Source: an uncultured Planctomycetia bacterium (lineage in GTDB: Bacteria; Omnitrophota; Gorgyraeia; Velamenicoccales; JABMQK01). Taken from it: a stretch of DNA of 13,730 bases. Position 1 is the first letter of the stretch, and every line of letters begins with the position of its first letter. Location: NCBI GenBank assembly GCA_964520705.1, contig CAZFPS010000050.1, positions 1 to 13,730 of the forward strand, given 5' to 3'. Both the position numbers and the translations under genes were made by a program. The notes beneath the pieces were generated by a model. The model saw nothing but the letters and a program-made list of their open reading frames with translations. It was not told the DNA's origin and searched no databases. This document shows, piece by piece, positions 8,772 through 13,730 of the stretch.

Positions 8772-8779
8772 GTCCTCAC

Positions 8780-9481
8780 TTATTTGTTAGCTCTAAATAA
8801 AATATAATCTCCGTCTTGCACTACGTAATCTTTTTCTTCTAATCTGACCTTGCCCTCATTTTTTACCTGATTATAATGACCTGCCTCCAATATATCATCT
8901 GCGCTTACTACTTCTGCTCGAATAAATCCCTGTTGTATAGCAGAGTGTATGCAACCAGCGGCCTCAAGGGCAGTTCCTCCTTTACGTATAGACCACATCC
9001 GCGATTCTTTCTCACCGCCCGTAAAAAAAACTATCCGTCCGGAAGCATAATATATATCTTTCAGTATTTCTTGAGATAAATCTAGTTCGCTTCCATCTTT
9101 AATTAAATATACCGGTAGTGTCGTAATCAAAGGAAATCCTTTAAGCAGCTTCAGCTCTTCGCTGTTAAAATGCTTGAACAAAAAATCCTCTTTCTCTAAA
9201 ATCTCATTGGCTTTAGCAAACAGCGCTTTTTCTTCTTGCGGGATTTCTTTGGTAAGTCTATCCTGGACGTATTCTAAATCTGTTAATATGAGGTCAGTCT
9301 TTTTGTCCTCTGCGGAAATTACAACTTCCGCATCTTTCACTTCCTCGATGGGAACGAAATCAATTTGCAAAGGTGTAGCTTTCTTGGATTTAAAGATCTC
9401 TTTAAGATGGGATAATTTCTCATCCGCAAAATTCTTCTTTCCTAGGGAAAAACCATCCAGACTGAAAACGGCAATTTTCAT
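8780..9481 (-). CDS. YchF-derived protein retaining the helical and C-terminal TGS-like (DUF933) domains, with degenerate G motifs
   Basis: 233 aa. The C-terminal FFTGGEKESRMWSIRKGGTALEAAGCIHSAIQQGFIRAEVVSADD...EGKVRLEEKDYVVQDGDYILF aligns by eye to the E. coli YchF C-terminus (YFTAGVKEVRAWTI...[23 protein letters not shown]...EGKDYIVKDGDVMNF). The N-terminus MKIAVFSLDGFSLGKK replaces the P-loop GLPNVGKS. An in-frame TAG lies immediately 5' of the ATG. Confidence 0.8.
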   Translation of the reverse strand: MKIAVFSLDGFSLGKKNFADEKLSHLKEIFKSKKATPLQIDFVPIEEVKDAEVVISAEDKKTDLILTDLEYVQDRLTKEIPQEEKALFAKANEILEKEDFLFKHFNSEELKLLKGFPLITTLPVYLIKDGSELDLSQEILKDIYYASGRIVFFTGGEKESRMWSIRKGGTALEAAGCIHSAIQQGFIRAEVVSADDILEAGHYNQVKNEGKVRLEEKDYVVQDGDYILFRANK

Positions 9482-9486
9482 CTATT

Positions 9487-11442
9487 CTACTCCTGTTTTT
9501 TGGATTCTTGATACTTAGTTATAATCCCCTGAGCAATCTTATGCGGGACTATTTCATAGCTAGAAAAACTCATAGAGTAATTGCCTCTGCCTCCGGTTAA
9601 TGACCTGAGGTCGGCTGCATAAGTAAACATCTCCGCTAAAGGCACATGGGCCTTGAGTACCTGATATTTAGAGCGTGACTCCATGCCCATTACTCTGCCT
9701 CTGCGCGAATTAATATCTCCAGAGATTTGCCCCATGTATTCATCGGTAATAATAACTTCCACGTTCATGATCGGCTCAAGCAAAACAAGTCCGCAGTCTT
9801 GAATAGCTTTTTTCAAAGCCATAGCCCCTGCGATCTGAAAAGCCATATCCGACGAATCAACATCATGATAAGAACCATCGCATAAAGTTACCCTAATATC
9901 TACTAAAGGATACCCGGTAAGCATGCCTTCCTTCATAGAATTTTTGATACCCTTCTCGACAGAAGGAATATAATTTCTAGGAATCGCTCCGCCGACTATT
10001 TTATTAACAAATTCAAAATCTCCCCCCCTGGATAAAGGCTCTAATTCAATCCAGACATCGCCATACTGGCCGCGGCCACCAGATTGCTTCTTATACTTAC
10101 CTTGGACTTTAGCTGATTTTGTTATAGTCTCTTTATAAGGAACTTTTGGTGTTCCTAAATCAACCTGAACATTGAACCTCTTCTTCAATCTCTCTACCAT
10201 CACATTTAAATGTTGATCTCCCATGCCCGATATTACCATTTCTCTAGTCTGGGCATCGTGATTAATCTTACAAGTAAAGTCTTCTGATTTGATTTTTCCC
10301 AAAGCGGTAGAAATTTTCTCTTCATCCTGACGAGTCTTTGGTTTAATGGAAGCGGAATAAATCGGCTCTGGGAATTTTATCTCTTCAAAAACTACGCTAT
10401 TGCCATCTATGCCTATACTATCGCTGGTATGAGTATCTTTTAATTTTGCAAACGCGATTATATCGCCACAAGAAGCGTCTGGCACCGATCGTTGTTCTTT
10501 CCCTTGTAGACAGTAAATTTGGCTAAAGCGTTCTTTTGTATCGCGTGTAACATTATGAAAGCTGGCATTGGCCGCTAATTTACCCGAGAACAATCTGATT
10601 AAAGAAAGTTGGCCTACAAAAGGATCTGCTATGGTCTTGAACACAAAACCAGATAACGGCGCTGCTTCGCTCAATTCAACATCCTTCTCTTCTTCCGTCT
10701 TTAAATCCTTAGCTTTTAATTTAGGTCTTTCTGAGACACTAGGCAGATATTCGATAATCGCCGCCATGACTTCTTTAATACCCTTATCGGTCAAGGCAGA
10801 CCCGCCCAACACAGGATAAACTTTACCTTGCCCAACCGCTTCTTTTAAAGCCTTTTTTAATTCCTCCTGAGGGATCTCTTTGCCTTCTAAATATTGCTCA
10901 AGTAGAGCATCATTGCTCTCAGCGATAACTTCTATATTATCTGCGGAGAGAGGACTCTGAATCAATATCGCGCTTTTGGAAAGGTTATTTCTTATTTCCT
11001 CTACTGTACTATTTAGATCCGTATTTTCCTTATCTAATTTATTTACGAATATAAGTCTGGGTAGGTTCAAATTATCCAACATTTCCCAAACGCGCTCAGT
11101 GCCGACCTCTATACCACTGGTGGCATCTATAACAACTATAGCCGCGTCTACGGCCCTTATGAAAGATACAACCTCTCCGATGAAATCTGCATAGCCTGGA
11201 GTGTCAACTATCTGAATGAAATGTCCGTTATGCTTGCAGTTCATGATACTTGCCGATATGGAAACTTTACGGTCTTTTTCTTCATCAGAGTAATCGCTGA
11301 CAGTATTGCCATCCATGACGCTTCCCTTTCGGGTTGTAGCACCCGCTAAAGACAATAAGGCTTCTGCCAAGGTAGTTTTACCGGCCTGGGCATGCGAAAG
11401 TAGAATAAAATTTCTTTTTTTATCAGGGGAGAATCCTTCCAT
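9487..11442 (-). CDS. Elongation factor G paralogue of the short EF-G-2 type
   Basis: 651 aa. G1 is SHAQAGKTT, G3 is DTPGYADF, and the NKLD G4 motif is present. The domain IV segment is GKYKKQSGGRGQYGDVWIELEP, the domain V segment is EPIMNVEVIITDEYMGQISGDINSRRGRV, and the C-terminal segment is LTGGRGNYSMSF. It is shorter than canonical EF-G (about 700 aa). AAGGAG SD lies 11 nt upstream of the ATG. Confidence 0.9.
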   Translation of the reverse strand: MEGFSPDKKRNFILLSHAQAGKTTLAEALLSLAGATTRKGSVMDGNTVSDYSDEEKDRKVSISASIMNCKHNGHFIQIVDTPGYADFIGEVVSFIRAVDAAIVVIDATSGIEVGTERVWEMLDNLNLPRLIFVNKLDKENTDLNSTVEEIRNNLSKSAILIQSPLSADNIEVIAESNDALLEQYLEGKEIPQEELKKALKEAVGQGKVYPVLGGSALTDKGIKEVMAAIIEYLPSVSERPKLKAKDLKTEEEKDVELSEAAPLSGFVFKTIADPFVGQLSLIRLFSGKLAANASFHNVTRDTKERFSQIYCLQGKEQRSVPDASCGDIIAFAKLKDTHTSDSIGIDGNSVVFEEIKFPEPIYSASIKPKTRQDEEKISTALGKIKSEDFTCKINHDAQTREMVISGMGDQHLNVMVERLKKRFNVQVDLGTPKVPYKETITKSAKVQGKYKKQSGGRGQYGDVWIELEPLSRGGDFEFVNKIVGGAIPRNYIPSVEKGIKNSMKEGMLTGYPLVDIRVTLCDGSYHDVDSSDMAFQIAGAMALKKAIQDCGLVLLEPIMNVEVIITDEYMGQISGDINSRRGRVMGMESRSKYQVLKAHVPLAEMFTYAADLRSLTGGRGNYSMSFSSYEIVPHKIAQGIITKYQESKKQE

Positions 11443-11466
11443 AATATATTAATCTCCTTTCTTACC

Positions 11467-11479
11467 TATATATATATAT
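11467..11479. repeat. Short alternating TA tract (13 nt) in the EF-G-2 5' leader
   Basis: The plus-strand sequence tatatatatatat is read directly at 11467..11479, 25 nt upstream of the ATG at 11442. Confidence 0.9.
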
Positions 11480-11541
11480 GCGCTAAATAATACAATCTCT
11501 TACCTTAATATACACTAAAGATGGGCTTCTGCAGAGAATTC

Positions 11542-11570
11542 ATTATATTAGAAAAGGGATATTCAGTCAA
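11542..11570 (-). promoter_or_regulatory. Near-consensus sigma70-type promoter for the EF-G-2 / YchF-like unit
   Basis: The minus-strand sense reads TTGACT (11570..11565), a 17-nt spacer (GAATATCCCTTTTCTAA), then TATAAT (11547..11542). That is 5/6 in the -35 element and 6/6 in the -10 element at optimal spacing. It predicts a 5' UTR of roughly 90 nt. Confidence 0.6.
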
Positions 11571-11643
11571 GGAAAGTTCACTTAAGAGGGACTTCTCCAA
11601 AGGGTAAATCTGTTGAACGCCTTGAGAAGGATAAGCAGGATTA

Positions 11644-12819
11644 CTATTCTATATAGGTATAGATTTTCTTCTTAAAATTTCTAAAGGTGTATCTGCCTTT
11701 TGCTTCGGAAATCAAGTAATTTGGCGCTACGGGTATCTTCCCGCCTCCACCCGGAGCATCAACCACATATGTAGGCACAGCATAACCAGAAGTATGGCCT
11801 CTCAGTTTCTCCATTATATTAATACCCACGGCTATGGGAGTCCTAAAGTGGGCTATGCCCCTTGCGGGGTCGCATTGATAGATATAGTACGGACGGACTC
11901 TGATTTTAAGCAAATCATGCATTAACTTCCTCATAACATAAGGCCTATCGTTTACTCCCTTTAATAATACTGTCTGACTGCCTAATACAAAACCGCTTTC
12001 AGATAAAATATCGCAGGCGAATTTACAGCGCTTGGTTATCTCTTTAGGATGATTAAAGTGTATACTAATCCAAATAGGAGCGTATTTCTTAAGCATGCTC
12101 ACAAGGCCATTTGTAATTCTCTGCGGCAAGCTCACTGGGGCACGCGTACCTATGCGCAGAAACTCAATCTGAGGCACTGAGCGCAGTTTCTTTAGAATCT
12201 CTTCTAAGACATTGTTTTCCAGCATGAGCGGATCGCCGCCAGATATTAAAACATCTCTTATTTTGCGGTTAGATTTAATATAATCTATGGCCTTATCTAA
12301 ATTCTTCAAATCTAGAATATTCTTATCTTCACCTACCATTCTACGACGAGTACAGTGACGGCAATAGGCAAAACACATCTCAGTAACCAAAAGCAATACT
12401 CTATCCGGATACCTATGTACAAGCCCAGGAACAGGAGAATCTCTATCCTCGGCACAAGGATCAGTCATCTCATGTGCTGACGACTTCAATTCTAAATTTA
12501 TAGGGACTACTTGCTTTCTGATAGGACAATTTGCATCATCAGAATCCATTAAACTAGCCAAATAAGGAGTGATGGCCAAGGAGAGACGACCCCGAGACTT
12601 CTTAATAGCCTCTTCTTCTTCTGAGGTAAGATTTATGACTTGCGATAAATCCTCTTTTGAGCGAATTCTATTCTTTACCTGCCAATACCAATCTTCCCAA
12701 TCAAGCTCAGACACATCTTTCCACAAGGAAATACGATGATAGTCTCCCAGAATGCTTCTTTTCAAAACCGCAGGATCGACAAATGTCTGCTGCACCGCCG
12801 CTATCCCATTAGATGGCAA
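11644..12819 (-). CDS. kamA: KamA-family radical SAM / PLP lysine 2,3-aminomutase, short form
   Basis: 391 aa. The radical SAM motif is CFAYCRHCTRRR, with SGGDPL, PYYIYQCD and the PLP-lysine motif VVDAPGGGGK. The N-terminal WKDVSELDWEDWYWQVKNRI matches the KamA N-domain. The start codon is TTG at 12819..12817, the only start-capable codon after an in-frame TAA, and it is preceded by AAGGAGGTG. Confidence 0.9.
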   Translation of the reverse strand: MPSNGIAAVQQTFVDPAVLKRSILGDYHRISLWKDVSELDWEDWYWQVKNRIRSKEDLSQVINLTSEEEEAIKKSRGRLSLAITPYLASLMDSDDANCPIRKQVVPINLELKSSAHEMTDPCAEDRDSPVPGLVHRYPDRVLLLVTEMCFAYCRHCTRRRMVGEDKNILDLKNLDKAIDYIKSNRKIRDVLISGGDPLMLENNVLEEILKKLRSVPQIEFLRIGTRAPVSLPQRITNGLVSMLKKYAPIWISIHFNHPKEITKRCKFACDILSESGFVLGSQTVLLKGVNDRPYVMRKLMHDLLKIRVRPYYIYQCDPARGIAHFRTPIAVGINIMEKLRGHTSGYAVPTYVVDAPGGGGKIPVAPNYLISEAKGRYTFRNFKKKIYTYIE

Positions 12820-12887
12820 CTCCCACCTCCTTTTTTAGCTGCCAAAACTTATCTCTTAATAAAATCAGATATAAATTCAATTTAAAT

Positions 12888-13730
12888 TTAATTAAGCCCC
12901 AACCTTTTTAAACCGGCATCGATAATTTTATTAATCGCCTGATTATAATCACAGCCTACAAGTTTAGGAGACATACCAAAAACATCTTCTTCGGCCAGAG
13001 ACGGCAAAGGGTTAATCTCTAAAACATACGGATTGCCGACATTATCTACCCTAAAATCCACTCTGCCAAAATCAAGACAATCGACAGCTTTGTATGTACG
13101 CACAGCTAAATCTTTTAGTGTTTTAGCTAATCTCTCTCCTATCTCAGCCGGGCATACATACTTTAATTCCGCGGAAGTAACTCTTTCAAAAGTATATATC
13201 ATCTCTCCTAAATCAAGCTTATCCTTGATAGATATCTGGACTGGGGAGAATGCTTCAACTGGAGAATTACCGATAAGCGGAACTGTAAATTCTCCCCCTT
13301 TAATCAACTGCTCTATAATTAGTGGTGAATTGCTATATCTATCAAATAAAAACTCAGCCTGATTATTTAATTCTTTTTTATTATGTACAACAGAATTATC
13401 AGATATGCCCTTAGATGTCCCCTCATTGCGCAATTTTACAATCATAGGAAATTCCATATGATCTAAATTCAAAAGATCATCTAGTTTTTGGATGCCCAAA
13501 AAATGCGGCGTAGGTATGCCTTCTGCCGCAAGAATCCTCTTTGTCATTATTTTATCTAGAGTTAAACTCATGGTTAAGCCATCGGAGCCAATGCAAGGAA
13601 TTCCGTAAGTCTCTAAAATTACTGGCACCTGCGCCTCTCGATTTCTAGTACCTACACCCTCGCATATATTAAAAATCACATCTACACCTAAATTAGGTAG
13701 TTTCTCCAGTAAATTTTTCACTCCACCAAT
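12888..13730 (-). CDS. D-alanine--D-alanine ligase-family ATP-grasp enzyme; N-terminus beyond the window
   Basis: The frame is open to the right edge (IGG precedes the GTG at 13721 that the track uses as a start), and Ddl-family proteins carry about 50-80 more N-terminal residues. Ddl-like segments are DVIFNICEGVGTRNREAQVPVILETYGIPCIGSDGLTMSLTLDKIMTKRIL, FPMIVKLRNEGTSKGIS, GGEFTVPLIG and GRVDFRVDNVGNPYVLEINPLPSL. Confidence 0.8.
   Translation of the reverse strand: MGGVKNLLEKLPNLGVDVIFNICEGVGTRNREAQVPVILETYGIPCIGSDGLTMSLTLDKIMTKRILAAEGIPTPHFLGIQKLDDLLNLDHMEFPMIVKLRNEGTSKGISDNSVVHNKKELNNQAEFLFDRYSNSPLIIEQLIKGGEFTVPLIGNSPVEAFSPVQISIKDKLDLGEMIYTFERVTSAELKYVCPAEIGERLAKTLKDLAVRTYKAVDCLDFGRVDFRVDNVGNPYVLEINPLPSLAEEDVFGMSPKLVGCDYNQAINKIIDAGLKRLGLN

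Noticed and set aside
8569-8779. A ZTP (pfl), purine or THF riboswitch in the purH leader.
   Set aside because: Regulation of purH suggested this, but the conserved GC-rich ZTP segments are absent. The 28-nt interior of the large helix is too small for a purine-riboswitch three-way junction. I found no THF-like core either. The region is kept only as an unclassified structure.
9174-9518. A 114-aa plus-strand ORF spanning the EF-G-2/YchF-like junction.
   Set aside because: It is antisense to two supported genes, its composition is serine-rich and low-complexity, and it has no start context.
11528-11541. An 8-bp palindrome TCTGCAGA (PstI site) directly followed by GAATTC (EcoRI site), reminiscent of a cloning polylinker.
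   Set aside because: It is isolated. No vector backbone, other polylinker sites or junction artefacts are present. It lies at the predicted transcription start of a natural-looking promoter and is most likely coincidence.
11592-11629. An imperfect hairpin downstream of the kamA stop, considered as an intrinsic terminator.
   Set aside because: The stem is only 6+4 bp with bulges and a 16-nt loop, and no U-tract follows. It is not distinguishable from chance.
1-13730. CRISPR arrays, IS elements, integrases, phage genes, toxin-antitoxin pairs or known defence-system genes.
   Set aside because: There are no spaced direct repeats, no terminal inverted repeats flanking a transposase-like ORF, and no such protein motifs in any of the six frames.

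Overview
Visibly AT-rich bacterial chromosomal segment with 12 protein-coding genes, two of them cut by the window edges. I saw no rRNA, tRNA, CRISPR array, transposase, integrase or terminal inverted repeats. Plus strand: comM/yifB, then a family-2 glycosyltransferase. Minus strand, transcribed right to left: Ddl-like ATP-grasp ligase (5' end beyond 13730), then a short-form lysine 2,3-aminomutase with a TTG start. A near-consensus sigma70-type promoter follows, then an EF-G-2-type paralogue and a 5-nt junction to a YchF-derived protein lacking all NTP-binding motifs. Next comes a 211-nt spacer (to the re-called purH start) with two related palindromes, then purH, folC, a small lipoprotein, mnmE and folE. 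A membrane-anchored coiled-coil ORF absent from the ORF track runs off the left edge. Most of the window is housekeeping (folate/one-carbon, purine, tRNA modification). Two places look poorly described. One is the ATP-grasp + KamA pair, a possible beta-lysine ligation module. The other is the translationally coupled EF-G-2 / degenerate-YchF pair, a possible ribosome-associated module. Both are hypotheses from sequence and context only; no database search or folding computation was possible. I also re-call the purH start (8568, not 8592), and note non-ATG starts for kamA and the lipoprotein and an unclassified structured leader upstream of purH.
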